64,000 bases of DNA from an uncultured cyanobacterium (GCA_963706595.1 OY970166.1:4320001-4384000); one strand, 5' to 3'; shown: positions 53,434 to 63,844, numbered from the stretch's first letter. Numbers and translations are program-made. The notes: a model not told the origin generated them from the letters alone.

Positions 53434-55682
53434 GTGGAAATAACGAAAGTTTGGGACATTATTTGGGATAACGGACCTTTTCATTGGACAATTGCTTTTC
53501 TGTTAGGAGTCGCAATTATTCGCGAATTTTACACAGTATGTAAGTATTTATGGCAGGATTTGGGGGCGACTAAAGCCGCTATTAAATTTTTGAGTAAGTA
53601 AAAACGGTAAAATGTAAACGTAAAAGATAACGAGTGGTTCAAAGAGCATTTCGGAACCGACGATGTAAGCATAATTCGTCAAGAGAGAGAAAAAAACGGC
53701 AAATTCTTACTAATAAAGTATCCATCTGTTTTAGTCCGCCCAGTACCTCGAACTTCTTTGCGTTTTGTGACAACTTTATGTACTGCTATCGGCGTTTTAG
53801 GAACATTTTATGGCATACAACAGGGACTTCAAGGAATTAACTTATCTACAGAAGTCCTGAACAACTGATGAGTGATAGTAAGGTGCTACTGGTAGGAATG
53901 AAAACAGCGTTCTCTACTTCCTTGATGGGGCTTGGTTCTGGTAGCTTGTTTACTTTAGTTTTGTTTGGCAGTGATTTTGTACGGCAGAAAAGGCGTGATA
54001 GTTTGCGTGATGATTTGAAGGCGATTGCCACTTTAAAAACCACAGAGAATGATAACCTTGAAGTTGCTCAAGCACTTACGCTTGTAGCACAACAATTGAC
54101 CGGATTCAAACAGCTAAAAGCCGAAGATATTGGTCAATCTGTAGGTAGGAATATAGCAGAACAGTTCGCAGGTTTAAATCAGTTGTCAGCCCAAGCTATT
54201 GGAGAATCTGTCAGACAGCAAATTTTACCACTTTTGAGAGATATATTCAATGAACAGAGAAGACTTCGAGAACTCCAAGAAAATCAGGGACAGAGAGTTT
54301 TAGAAGAACTTATTAATGATTTGCGAATTCAGGTACTAGAACCGATTGCAGACCGACTAGACAAAAGTGCCGAGTTAACCCAGCAAGCTTCCACCGCCGT
54401 GCTGAATCTACATCAAGAACTTGGCGGAATCTCTGAAAGTTTGGCAAGTTCTATCCTAACAATTCAGAACTTTCAACAAGAGACTTTGGTACAACTCCAA
54501 GGATTTGCTCATAATTTGGGAGATACTTTAAATGATTTTAAAACAGATACAAGAGGTGTTTTACAACAAACAGCCCACGAAATTAATCGAGCTGTAAACC
54601 AGAGTATTGAGGGAATGACAGCCCAACGTAGTGCTTTTAAAGCAAGTGCAGACGAAGCTGCTGATACTTTCCGAGGCATTCGAGAAGAACTGCAAATAGC
54701 ATTACAAGAACGCGCCACAGTCGAACAAGAAATGCTTCAAGGATTTGCTCACAATATGGGAAAAACTTTGAGCCAATTCAAAACTGAAACCACAGGAGTT
54801 TTACAACAAACATCTCAAGAAATTCATCACGCTGTAGTCGCAAGTATTGAGGGAATGACAGCCCAACGCAGTGCTTTTGAAGCCAGTGCAGTTCAAGCTG
54901 CTGATACTTTCCGAGGCATTCGAGAAGAATTGCAAACAGTATTACAAGAACGCGCCGCAGTTGAACAGCAGATGCTTCAAGCTACTCAAACTGGAATTAT
55001 CCGAATTCTCACCCAAGCAAATATAACCTTTCATCAGCAAACTAATACGCTAAAAACAGTGGGTGAAGAAGCCTCTGGATTGATGAATGATGCTAAGGAT
55101 AATCTTTTGGCTACTTTAGGAAATATTGACGAAAGACTCACAGCCACTCGCCAAACAGTAGAAGATGATTTGACAAGGTTTAGGGAAGAATATCAACGGA
55201 ATTTACAGATGTTTTTTGAAGAGCAAAACACCTTACTTGACGATACACTAGGCAGACAACAGGAAGGATTATCTGGAGTTGTGAACAATCTGGATCAAGT
55301 CTTCCGAGATGAATGTCAAAGACGTAGTGAATTGACTCAAGAAGTAGATGCAAGTATGAATAAAGTTCAGGCATCTGTCATAACTATTCACGAATTAGTT
55401 ATTGCTGCTGGATTAAACGATGGAGAACGACTCATACAACTACAAAATCTAGCTCGTGGTATTGGCGAGGAAGTGGAAAGAGTGGAAAACTCATACAGAA
55501 ATTTAAATCACAAATTTGACGATAGTCTTCATGCTTGGGAAGGTCATCTTCAAGGTTATATGAAAAAGACTGTTGAGTTCCAGGTGGACTTTTTCCAACA
55601 AGCAGATACTGCTATGTCTAAAGTTTGCGAAAATGTACTCAAAACAACAGAAGTGCTGCTAGAAGCAAATAATAAATACTAA
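53434..55682 (+). pseudogene. zorA: ZorA-like MotA-family protein with long helical tail, disrupted
   Basis: GTG 53434 TM1; TAA at 53599 and 53608; TM2 AIGVLGTFYGI; frameshift ~53850 into the frame of ORF 53868-55682 with GMKTAFSTSLMG and a helical tail. Confidence 0.75.
54498..54980 (+). repeat. 240-bp (80-aa) tandem duplication in the zorA tail
   Basis: QGFAHN..SIEGMTAQRSAF.ASA..AADTFRGIREELQ..LQERA.VEQ.MLQ occurs twice. Confidence 0.9.
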
Positions 55683-55688
55683 ATTACT

Positions 55689-55798
55689 GGCATTCCTGGT
55701 TGGAAGTATGAACAAGTTTTTGATAATATCAAAGCCCCTGTAGAGACGTGATATGTCAAGTCTCTACACCTAAATTCATACTTGGTTTCAGCCACGCC
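55689..55798. mobile_element. MITE between zorA and zorB
   Basis: GGC..GCC ends, GTAGAGAC..GTCTCTAC core, flanking AAATTAC(T/C) duplication. Confidence 0.7.
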
Positions 55799-55821
55799 AA
55801 ATTACCAATGGAGTCATAAAA

Positions 55822-56475
55822 ATGGTTGATTTGAGCAGCGACGAATTTGTTGATGCAGAGATTACAGAGGATGATGATTCTAGTATTTATCTGTCTATTG
55901 GCGATTTGATGTCTGGTTTGCTGATGTTTTTTGCTTTGCTATTTATCACTGCACTACTCCAGCTTGCACAAAAGGATGTACCAAAACAGCAAGTAATTAG
56001 TAATGTTGTGGAAGAGATGCAAAACAACAATATCAATGTCAAAGTTAATCCAGATACTGGGGATATTACTATCCAAGAATCGATTTTGTTTGCTCAGGGA
56101 AGTGCCGAACTAAAACCAGAAGGTAAAGCCTTTCTACGCAGCTTTATTCCCGTTTATAGTGGGGTAATTTTCTCAAAAGAAGAATTTCAGCAGGAAGTTA
56201 GCCGTGTAGTTATAGAAGGTCATACTAGCTCGGAAGGAGATGAACAAATAAATCTGGAACTGAGTTTAATGCGGTCTGCATCAGTTCATAAATACATTTT
56301 TTCGGACATTGATTTTGATAACAAAGCACTTTTAAGCCAGAAAATACTAGCTGCTGGTCGTGGAGAAATTGAAGCTGATCAGAGTCGGGATAATCCAGGC
56401 GATCGCAAGGTGGTTTTCCGCTTTCAGTTTCGTAATGATGAGTTAAAAAAAGATATCGCTGAAACCTCATTTTAA
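55822..56475 (+). CDS. zorB: ZorB-like MotB/OmpA protein
   Basis: SIGDLMSGLLMFF TM with conserved Asp; ILF..GSA.L, IEGHTS, NLELS..R, RKV.F. Confidence 0.85.
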   Translation: MVDLSSDEFVDAEITEDDDSSIYLSIGDLMSGLLMFFALLFITALLQLAQKDVPKQQVISNVVEEMQNNNINVKVNPDTGDITIQESILFAQGSAELKPEGKAFLRSFIPVYSGVIFSKEEFQQEVSRVVIEGHTSSEGDEQINLELSLMRSASVHKYIFSDIDFDNKALLSQKILAAGRGEIEADQSRDNPGDRKVVFRFQFRNDELKKDIAETSF

Positions 56476-56488
56476 AGGATAAATAATC

Positions 56489-57883
56489 TTGAATTTTCAA
56501 TTTTCTCTTCCTTCCCTACCTGAACCTCCCCAATGTATTCCCAATCAACTAATTCAGCTTACAAGTAATTTACCAGAGCCAACAATCTCAATACCAAGTG
56601 TTGATAAAGTATTAGCAGCGATTGAACAGGGTAAAGCTGATCAAGTAAGTCAATTAGACTGGATTTACTGCATCCATGCTAAAGCACAGTGGGATAAACA
56701 AAATACTGACCGTTCTAGGGAAACATCAGCAGCCATTTGGAAGGTAGCAATTTCTAACTCATGGTTACAACATCAGCTATTGTGGCGTTTAGCTCTTTAT
56801 TCTCATCATCAGCAAGAACAAGTCTTAGCCAAGTCTCTAGCTGAATCTTTTGATATTTTTGCTAATTCTAAGTTAGTTAGTCACCTGCTACCAGTTCAAA
56901 TTGTGCAGGCGCTTTGCAGTCAACAACCAGGGAGAAAGTTAGCAAAACTTGCTTATAAGCAGCGTGTCAATCAAACTGAATTAGTTAACATAATTCGCCA
57001 AGATTTACCAGTTTGGATTCCATCATTCAGCCAATTCGTAGAAGAGATAACACCATATTTTGTAAAAATTATTTCTCCCAATCAGCAGCAAGTAACTTGG
57101 TTGTTAAGTTGCTTAAATGAAATGTCAAATAATCAGCAAATACAAGCTGTTGATTATTTACTCACCCATATTTATAATGATGTAGTAAAAAATCATTCTT
57201 TCTTAGTTGACTGGTTGCTAAATAACTACAGAAGTGGTGAAAACTGGTATGAACTTTCCGAACCAGCTAGGCAAAGGCTTCGAGAGTGGATTGGAGGCAT
57301 TAATTATGGTGATTTCCAAAGGTTAGTAGATGTCATATTAAGCCGGATAGCTTTAGAATCCTCCGAGTCAGATAGGCTAAGTAGTCGCAGAAAATTCTGG
57401 GCTAACTACAGTAACCGCTTTGAACGGCTTCGGATTTTGTTACCCAGGACATCACAAGATGCTATAGGATATCAAATTCAAGGTGATGTCGATCTACTAG
57501 AGGATGATGGTAGTGATCCTACAGAGGTTTGTATATTCGATTTTGGTGACTTGTTTGTAGTCGAATTTTTCCGTGGAAAAGGTAGTGAGATGCGCCTGTT
57601 TCCTAATAATTCCCAAACTCAACAAATCCTTTTTGGTGAATCAAGGCTTTCAGTTAAACGGATTCGCTGTCTGGGTGGCGATAAGCACGATCATGTATTT
57701 CTTTGGCAGTTTTTTTGCCGCCAATGGCTGGTAAATCAGGGAGTTAACCCAAATCCAGGAACTGAACCGTACACAAACCCAACAGCATATAAATTGCAAC
57801 AGCGAGAATACAAGCTTGAACGCTGGAAAGGAGAAATTAAGTATCTAGAACGGGAAGCTAGACTCTACTGTGATTTTCAGTAG
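56489..57883 (+). CDS. zorC: ZorC-like EH-signature domain protein
   Basis: RRKFWANY, VVEFFRG, later H..W (KHDHVFLWQ); follows zorAB. Confidence 0.75.
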   Translation: MNFQFSLPSLPEPPQCIPNQLIQLTSNLPEPTISIPSVDKVLAAIEQGKADQVSQLDWIYCIHAKAQWDKQNTDRSRETSAAIWKVAISNSWLQHQLLWRLALYSHHQQEQVLAKSLAESFDIFANSKLVSHLLPVQIVQALCSQQPGRKLAKLAYKQRVNQTELVNIIRQDLPVWIPSFSQFVEEITPYFVKIISPNQQQVTWLLSCLNEMSNNQQIQAVDYLLTHIYNDVVKNHSFLVDWLLNNYRSGENWYELSEPARQRLREWIGGINYGDFQRLVDVILSRIALESSESDRLSSRRKFWANYSNRFERLRILLPRTSQDAIGYQIQGDVDLLEDDGSDPTEVCIFDFGDLFVVEFFRGKGSEMRLFPNNSQTQQILFGESRLSVKRIRCLGGDKHDHVFLWQFFCRQWLVNQGVNPNPGTEPYTNPTAYKLQQREYKLERWKGEIKYLEREARLYCDFQ

Positions 57884-57946
57884 CTAGACACTAAAATACA
57901 AAAAATTAACTGTAGGGTGTGTTGTCGCGCAGCGCAACGCACCGTT

Positions 57947-58111
57947 AGAGGATGTTTTAAAAGTAGTTGGCTGTAATGTTAAGCACGAGTTGATCCCCCC
58001 TAGCCCCCCTTTTTAAGGGGGGAACTAGAATCAAAGTCCCCCTTTTTAAGGGGGATTTAGGGGGATCTAAAGCGTTTTGCTACTAAAAAGAGGACTCTTA
58101 AAACATCCTCT
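57947..58111. mobile_element. MITE (AGAGGATGTTTT..AAAACATCCTCT) with CCCCCT..AAGGGGG palindromic core
   Basis: Clear terminal inverted repeats; core is an inverted relative of the core of the 19474 MITE. Confidence 0.75.
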
Positions 58112-58184
58112 TAGGGACTAACAAATAAAAAAACATTCCAAATTTTATTGTGGGATGGGTGTCCCCACCCGTCCTTTAATCAGA

Positions 58185-58350
58185 GCTACACAGGCGAAAC
58201 CAGCACTATGGCTAACGCCACGCTACGCTAACGACAAGCTCAGTGACCACCTACGCGGGTTAAAAACCTTGATTTCCTGTTAGTCCGCGCAGGCGGACTT
58301 TGTTTTGTATAGCCGCGACTTCTAGTCGCCTGGACTAGGTGCAAGATGTG
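58185..58350. mobile_element. Partial MITE of the 15543 family with doubly nested small repeats
   Basis: Ends ggtgcaagatgtg; same core as 15543-15745. Confidence 0.7.
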
Positions 58351-58386
58351 TTTCTATGGATTTGGACACCGCGTAAATATTTTACT

Positions 58387-58800
58387 ATGGCCAAAGACCT
58401 ATTCCACCAAGCCGTCAAGCAAGCGTTAATCAAAGATGGATGGACAATTACTAACGATCCATTAATCATTCGCATTGATCGCGTTAAACTAGAAATTGAT
58501 CTGGCTGCTGAAAAAGTATTTGCTGCTGAGAAAGATGGTCAGAAAATTGCTGTAGAAGTTAAAAGCTTTATCAATCCTTCCGCTATTAGTGACTTTCATA
58601 ATGCACTAGGTCAATTTCTCAACTATCGCTTGGCATTGGAAATGACCGAGCCTGCTCGTATCCTCTATTTAGCCGTTCCTATTGATGTTTTTAATACATT
58701 TTTTCAAGAGCGTTTTACTCAAGCTGCGATCTTGCAATATGCCATAAAAATAATAGCATATAAACCGAATACAGAGGAGATAATCGAATGGAAAAACTAG
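58387..58800 (+). CDS. xisH: XisH family protein
   Basis: MAKDLFH..VK.AL.KDGW.IT.DP, DLAAE, AVEVKSF, ALGQF. Confidence 0.95.
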   Translation: MAKDLFHQAVKQALIKDGWTITNDPLIIRIDRVKLEIDLAAEKVFAAEKDGQKIAVEVKSFINPSAISDFHNALGQFLNYRLALEMTEPARILYLAVPIDVFNTFFQERFTQAAILQYAIKIIAYKPNTEEIIEWKN

Positions 58801-59117
58801 CCAAATATCGCCAAATTGTGCGCGAATTATTAATTGCTCATGCCACCCCAAACGAGCCAAATATTGAATGTCAAATCATTTTTGATACAGAACACGATCA
58901 TTATCAAATTCTAGATATCGGTTGGCAAAAGTTTAATCGCATTTATGCCTGTTATATCCATTTAGACATTAAAGACAACAAAATCTGGATTCAGCACAAT
59001 ATGACAGAAGCTGATATTGCTCAAGAGCTAGTGGAAAGAGGAGTTCCACCTTCAGATATTGTTTTAGGCTTGCATCCTCCATACAAACGTCCTTATACCA
59101 AATACGGTGTTGCCTAA
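58788..59117 (+). CDS. xisI: XisI family protein
   Basis: FD...DHYQ...GW, IHLDIK..KIWIQ...TE, DIVLG. Confidence 0.95.
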   Translation: MEKLAKYRQIVRELLIAHATPNEPNIECQIIFDTEHDHYQILDIGWQKFNRIYACYIHLDIKDNKIWIQHNMTEADIAQELVERGVPPSDIVLGLHPPYKRPYTKYGVA

Positions 59118-59173
59118 AAAGTTAAAAAGGGGGATTACAGTGATTTTCAGCTAAATGAACTGTTAAACTTGCA

Positions 59174-59434
59174 TCAGCCGTGAAGATTGGCTTGCTCTTG
59201 TAACCAGGGGTCTACAGGCTGTCCATCTTTGCGACGTAGTTCAATTTCTATGGCTATAACTTCTTTGGAACCAGGAGGCGCAGGTTTTTGATGGAAAATA
59301 ATGTCATAATCTAATGGATCATGTTTGCGTTCTTTTAACCAGTCCTGCACTTTAGTTGTGGCAAAAAATGATTGCCCTTGCTCAAACATCCGGGTAATCT
59401 GCATTTGTAATGTGTAGGGATTGATGCGACCCAT
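59174..59434 (-). CDS. Conserved hypothetical small protein
   Basis: 86-aa ORF with ordinary composition; no family recognised. Confidence 0.7.
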   Translation of the reverse strand: MGRINPYTLQMQITRMFEQGQSFFATTKVQDWLKERKHDPLDYDIIFHQKPAPPGSKEVIAIEIELRRKDGQPVDPWLQEQANLHG

Positions 59435-59582
59435 TTTTTAGACCCTTTCTTAAGTAAACCTCATATTCTAGTTTATCTTAAGGACGGTTGGAAAAGTTTC
59501 TGGAGTACGGGAAACTGTAATACTCCACATATTATGTGTTCGTTACAATCAGAGTTATAAACTAAGTTGAGAGGACACCAGA

Positions 59583-59957
59583 ATGAAAGTTGGATATGAT
59601 TCTGATAAGCGTAAATTGCTATCATCGCTGTGCCACGGGGCGATTTTCTTTAGTACAACACTATTCTCTATTGGGGTTCCAATTGTCATTACCTTCATTT
59701 CTGATGACCCAGTTGTAAAAAGCAACGCTAAAGAATCGATTAATTTTCACTTTAATGTTTGGTTTTGGGCAACTGTAATTGGGGTTCCAATGGGGATTCT
59801 ATCTTTCCTCACCTTTGGACTGGGGGGACTTTTATTCTTTCCCGTGGTGGCGTTGGGTTTTGCTCTGCACTGGGGATTGACAATTTGGGCGCTGCTGCAC
59901 TGTTTCAGCCAGCCGGATGAACCATTCCGTTATCCGTTTATCTTTCGAGTTTTCTAA
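59583..59957 (+). CDS. DUF4870 (Tic20-like) membrane protein
   Basis: LCH, AKESINF, C-terminal FRYPF. Confidence 0.8.
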   Translation: MKVGYDSDKRKLLSSLCHGAIFFSTTLFSIGVPIVITFISDDPVVKSNAKESINFHFNVWFWATVIGVPMGILSFLTFGLGGLLFFPVVALGFALHWGLTIWALLHCFSQPDEPFRYPFIFRVF

Positions 59958-59976
59958 TTGCAGTCAGTTAATTTTT

Positions 59977-60061
59977 GCTGTTGCTGATTTCAAATATGGA
60001 TTTTTGTCACGCAGAGGCGCAAAGGTAATTGAGGCATTTCATATTCTGATTCAGCAACGCC
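59977..60061. mobile_element. MITE of the GGCGTTGCT family carrying a CGCAGAGG repeat
   Basis: gctgttgctgatt...attcagcaacgcc flanked by AATTTTT on both sides. Confidence 0.6.
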
Positions 60062-60304
60062 CAATTTTTTCTTTATGAAAAAGGGCGCGAAAATAATAAT
60101 AATACTGTTTCTCTATTTTACCATGCTGTTTGACACAGTGGTAATTAAATCGGTGAACAGGGTAATGATGAAGCAAATTATCTTCCTCAAGGATTTGTGT
60201 TTTCTTACTTGGGGAATATTTGAGTATAGTAACAAGATATATCTTAAGTTATATACAAATAGATAAGTAGGTCAACCTAATTAAACATAAAACCTTGACA
60301 ATAT

Positions 60305-60337
60305 AGATCCCCGACTTCTTTGAGAAGTCGGGGATCT
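60305..60337. repeat. Perfect palindrome with 15-bp arms
   Basis: AGATCCCCGACTTCT-TTG-AGAAGTCGGGGATCT. Confidence 0.8.
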
Positions 60338-60482
60338 GGATATTGGATATGGCATTTTTTAAGTTTGAGCTACTTAATGAATTCAGGGCAAATATATTCC
60401 CTAAATTCAGCCGCCAGCCAGAGGAAAACTAGGATGAGAATATTTACACTCATGAGTATACATATTCTGCACTTGGAAACTT

Positions 60483-61322
60483 ATGCCTCTTTACAAACTC
60501 GAACATTTTGACCCTAACTACCGAGAAACCTTTGGCGGTGATGATGTAAAGGCTTTAGAGCTTTACACCGAAGGAGGAGTAAGAATCGGCTCGGTGGCTG
60601 ATGCTTTAGTTGACCAAGGTGGACGTTTTCGGTATTTAGTTATTGACAGCAGTTGGGATTCTATTACTAAGAAAATATTACTACCAATTGGGCTTTCCCA
60701 CATCAATTATCCTGCTAAACGTGTTTATGTTGATGGATTGAGTAAAGAACAAGTCGAACATTTACCAGAATATCAGGAAAGCATGACTGTTGATGAAGAT
60801 TATGAAAAACAGGTACGTCATGTTTTTCGCCCTCAAAGCAGAAATGAAGCTGATAATCGCGAGATATCTATTTACGAAAGAGAACCAGATTTATATAATT
60901 TAAATGAACAATATCATCAAACTCTCAGGTTGTATGAAGAACGATTGATTGCTAACAAACATCGGGTTAAAACTGGAGAAGTAGCAGTTGGTAAGCATAT
61001 TGAAACGCATACTGCAAGGGTGACAGTACCTGTTAAAAAAGAACGTGTTTTGATTGAACGAGTTCCACCAACAGAAACAGGAACAGTTGTAGACCCAAAC
61101 GCACTCAAGTTTCAAGAAGGGGAAGTAACACGCATCGAATTGTACGAGGAAACGCCTGAAGTTCGCAAAGAAGCTTTTGTGCGCGAAGAAGTGAGAGTGA
61201 AAAAAGTTGTAGATCGGCAAACAGTAGAAGCACAAGACACAATTCGTCGAGAACAGTTAGATATTAATACTACAGGCGAATTGTATGTGGATGAGACTGG
61301 AAAAACAGAGGAATCTGTTTGA
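60483..61322 (+). CDS. PRC-barrel + DUF2382 (YsnF/AvaK family) protein
   Basis: G.V.D.LVD..G.FRYLV, LLPIG, LYEERL, V.VPV.KE, EEVRVKK, RREQL. Confidence 0.9.
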   Translation: MPLYKLEHFDPNYRETFGGDDVKALELYTEGGVRIGSVADALVDQGGRFRYLVIDSSWDSITKKILLPIGLSHINYPAKRVYVDGLSKEQVEHLPEYQESMTVDEDYEKQVRHVFRPQSRNEADNREISIYEREPDLYNLNEQYHQTLRLYEERLIANKHRVKTGEVAVGKHIETHTARVTVPVKKERVLIERVPPTETGTVVDPNALKFQEGEVTRIELYEETPEVRKEAFVREEVRVKKVVDRQTVEAQDTIRREQLDINTTGELYVDETGKTEESV

Positions 61323-61567
61323 GTAGCTGGGTAATGAATTTGCTTTTAAGATTGATATTAAATTATACAGGCAGGGAAAGGCTTCACTCTGTCTGTACTT
61401 TTTTGGATTTTGCTTAATTACGATCATAAAAATCTAATTTTGCGAGTTTTTATCTGATTAAATCAGGAAATATCTATAACTTTTGATGTCGTCGTTTTGA
61501 AGGAAGTCAGTCGATGGTAGGAGGTAAATCAGTATAGAAAGATTTACATTCTTTATTAAGAGATGGT

Positions 61568-62452
61568 ATGAAAAGTCAGAGGTTAATTTTAATGGCACTT
61601 CATAAATTGGCAGATTTTGATCCAAATTATCATGACACTATTCAAGGTCATGATATTAAAGGATTAGGGGTTTATACAGACGTAGCTAATGAAAAGATTG
61701 GCACTATCAGCGATGTTTTAGTTGATGACGAGGGACATTTTCGCTATCTAGTGGTTGATTTAGGTTTCTGGATATTTGGGAAAAAAGTATTACTTCCAGT
61801 TGGGCGTTCTCGGATTGATTATGATGCTAATCGCGTCTACGCTATTGGTATGACTAGAGAACAAGCGGAAGATTTACCGAGGTTTGAAGAAGGTAGAATA
61901 CTTGATTACGACTATGAAGAACAGGTGCGCGGTGTTTATCGCGATAGTAAGTATGGTACTAGACCTGTAGAAGCATCGACCCGCACAGCAACAACTACAC
62001 CAAGTTACAGTCGTGACAGTTATAGTTACGAGCATGAACCTTCTTTGTACAATCTAAATCAGCAAGACCATCAAACTCTACGATTGTATGAAGAACGCCT
62101 AATTGCTAACAAAATTCGCCAGAAAACTGGAGAAGTGGCAATTGGTAAACACGTTGAAAGTGAAACTGCAAGAGTTTCAATACCTCTAGAAAAAGAACAC
62201 GTTGTGATTGAGCGTATTACTCCTGAAGATGCGGGTAGGGTGGTTTCTGCTCAGGAAGCTAATTTCCGTGAAGGTGAAGTTGCTCGTGTAGAACTCCATG
62301 AAGAAACACCTGAAGTTCGCAAAGAGGCGTTTGTACGTGAAGAAGTTAGAGTTAAAAAGGTTGTAGATCAAGAAACTGTTGAGACTCAAGGAACTGTACG
62401 ACGCGAGGAGTTAGATGTGACTTCTCCTAATCTTCCCGTTGAGGAACGTTAA
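61568..62452 (+). CDS. PRC-barrel + DUF2382 protein, AvaK-like; start probably ATG 61592
   Basis: Paralogue of the preceding gene; DLGFWIFGKKVLLPVG. Confidence 0.9.
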   Translation: MKSQRLILMALHKLADFDPNYHDTIQGHDIKGLGVYTDVANEKIGTISDVLVDDEGHFRYLVVDLGFWIFGKKVLLPVGRSRIDYDANRVYAIGMTREQAEDLPRFEEGRILDYDYEEQVRGVYRDSKYGTRPVEASTRTATTTPSYSRDSYSYEHEPSLYNLNQQDHQTLRLYEERLIANKIRQKTGEVAIGKHVESETARVSIPLEKEHVVIERITPEDAGRVVSAQEANFREGEVARVELHEETPEVRKEAFVREEVRVKKVVDQETVETQGTVRREELDVTSPNLPVEER

Positions 62453-62586
62453 TTAAGTCAGTTGACAGTTATCAGTTATTAAGGCATAAGGTGGGAAATA
62501 GACCTACTATCAATGTTTAATATTAATTGGCTTTTAGTGATGAGATGTCAGTTTACATTGATGTAATACCAAGTATTAAAAGGGGA

Positions 62587-62679
62587 TATAGCGGTTATCA
62601 ATTAAGTGCGATATAAGAACCCCTCCCCGCAAGCGAGGAGGGGGCTATGATGTACTTCATTGAAGTGGATACCGCTATA
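62587..62679. mobile_element. MITE-like element (TATAGCGGT..ACCGCTATA)
   Basis: Terminal inverted repeats; CCCTCCCCGCAAGCGAGGAGGG core shared (inverted) with the 51538 element. Confidence 0.65.
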
Positions 62680-62806
62680 TAAACCGAATTATGTCTCTTT
62701 ACTGATGACTGATAACTGATAACTGATAACTGATAAGTCAACAGGATAAATTATATAGCTAGTTTTTATAAAAGCATTTCATCATTTTTTTAGGAACAGC
62801 CAACCA

Positions 62807-63688
62807 ATGGCAAATGACTTTAAACAAGTAACCCATCAGGCTAGTATCCACAGCTTGCTAGAAAGTTTGAGAAACAAGGTAAAAAATTTTTCTGTGACTG
62901 ATCCGCAAGGTCAAATAGTAGGCAAAGTTAAAGATTTAATTTTGGATGCTAATCGTCGGCTCAATTTAGTTATAGCTCAACAAGGGAATCAAAAAGTTAT
63001 CACAAATGGTACACCTGATGTGGATGCACATCGCTTAGTTTTATTGTTGAGTAGAAAAATCAACAAAATCGACAATTCTACGCAATCTATTCTCCTAGAT
63101 ATAGAAAAATCCGAAATAGAGCTTATGCCTGAATATTTAGAACCAGAAACACAAGACGATCAAAAAACAGTAGATAAATTCACTGAACTAAATCATCCCA
63201 CAATGGTGACAAGTCAAATTGAAACAGCTAATACAGCAAGAGTTGATGAAGAAAGTATTGTTCGTTTAATAGAAGAACGATTGATTGCTGATAGCAGCAG
63301 ACGCAAATTGGGTGAGGTGATTGTTCGCAAAGAAATTGAAACTCGGATGGTACAAGTACCTGTCCGACGAGAAAAATTGATTGTGGAACAAGTTGGGGCA
63401 GAAAATAAACAACTTGCTGAAATTGACTTAAGCCAAGGTGAGATTTCTGGGATTGAGTTGATGGCAGAAGAAAGACCTGAAGGTACAATTCTAGATGGTC
63501 ATTTAACAGTGGGTGGTAATTTTACTTCTCCGAAAATTGCTAGTTTACTTTTAAATGCGATCGCTCTCGAAAAAAATCACGGCTGTCGGCAGGTGAAAAT
63601 CACAATTGCTGTTACAGATGAGTCACTTCAGCAAAAATATCAGGAGTGGTTTGATCGTTGTTCTAAAGGTCAAAAACCCAAGGTGTAA
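62807..63688 (+). CDS. PRC-barrel + DUF2382-like protein
   Basis: VGKVKDLILD, LIEERL, GEVIVRKEIETRMVQVPVRREKL. Confidence 0.8.
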   Translation: MANDFKQVTHQASIHSLLESLRNKVKNFSVTDPQGQIVGKVKDLILDANRRLNLVIAQQGNQKVITNGTPDVDAHRLVLLLSRKINKIDNSTQSILLDIEKSEIELMPEYLEPETQDDQKTVDKFTELNHPTMVTSQIETANTARVDEESIVRLIEERLIADSSRRKLGEVIVRKEIETRMVQVPVRREKLIVEQVGAENKQLAEIDLSQGEISGIELMAEERPEGTILDGHLTVGGNFTSPKIASLLLNAIALEKNHGCRQVKITIAVTDESLQQKYQEWFDRCSKGQKPKV

Positions 63689-63844
63689 AAATTAGCTTAC
63701 AGCTAGTAAATTAACAGGGTGGGCATGATTGTCAACCCTATATTTGTTTGTGCATTATTTATTGCTTTATTTTTAATTAAAATATCTTATAACTAAGTTT
63801 AGGAGTGCTAAATTTAACAATAATATAGTAATTATATTAAATTG

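Noticed and set aside
53868..56475. Flagellar motAB or methyl-accepting chemotaxis protein
   Set aside because: Cyanobacteria lack flagella; the long tail and adjacent EH-signature gene fit Zorya
58387..59117. xisHI as evidence of a heterocyst fdxN excision element
   Set aside because: No xisF recombinase or interrupted nif/fdxN gene nearby; xisHI pairs are common stand-alone
60075..60511. Two 63-aa ORFs
   Set aside because: AT-rich intergenic sequence overlapping a palindrome; no motif support
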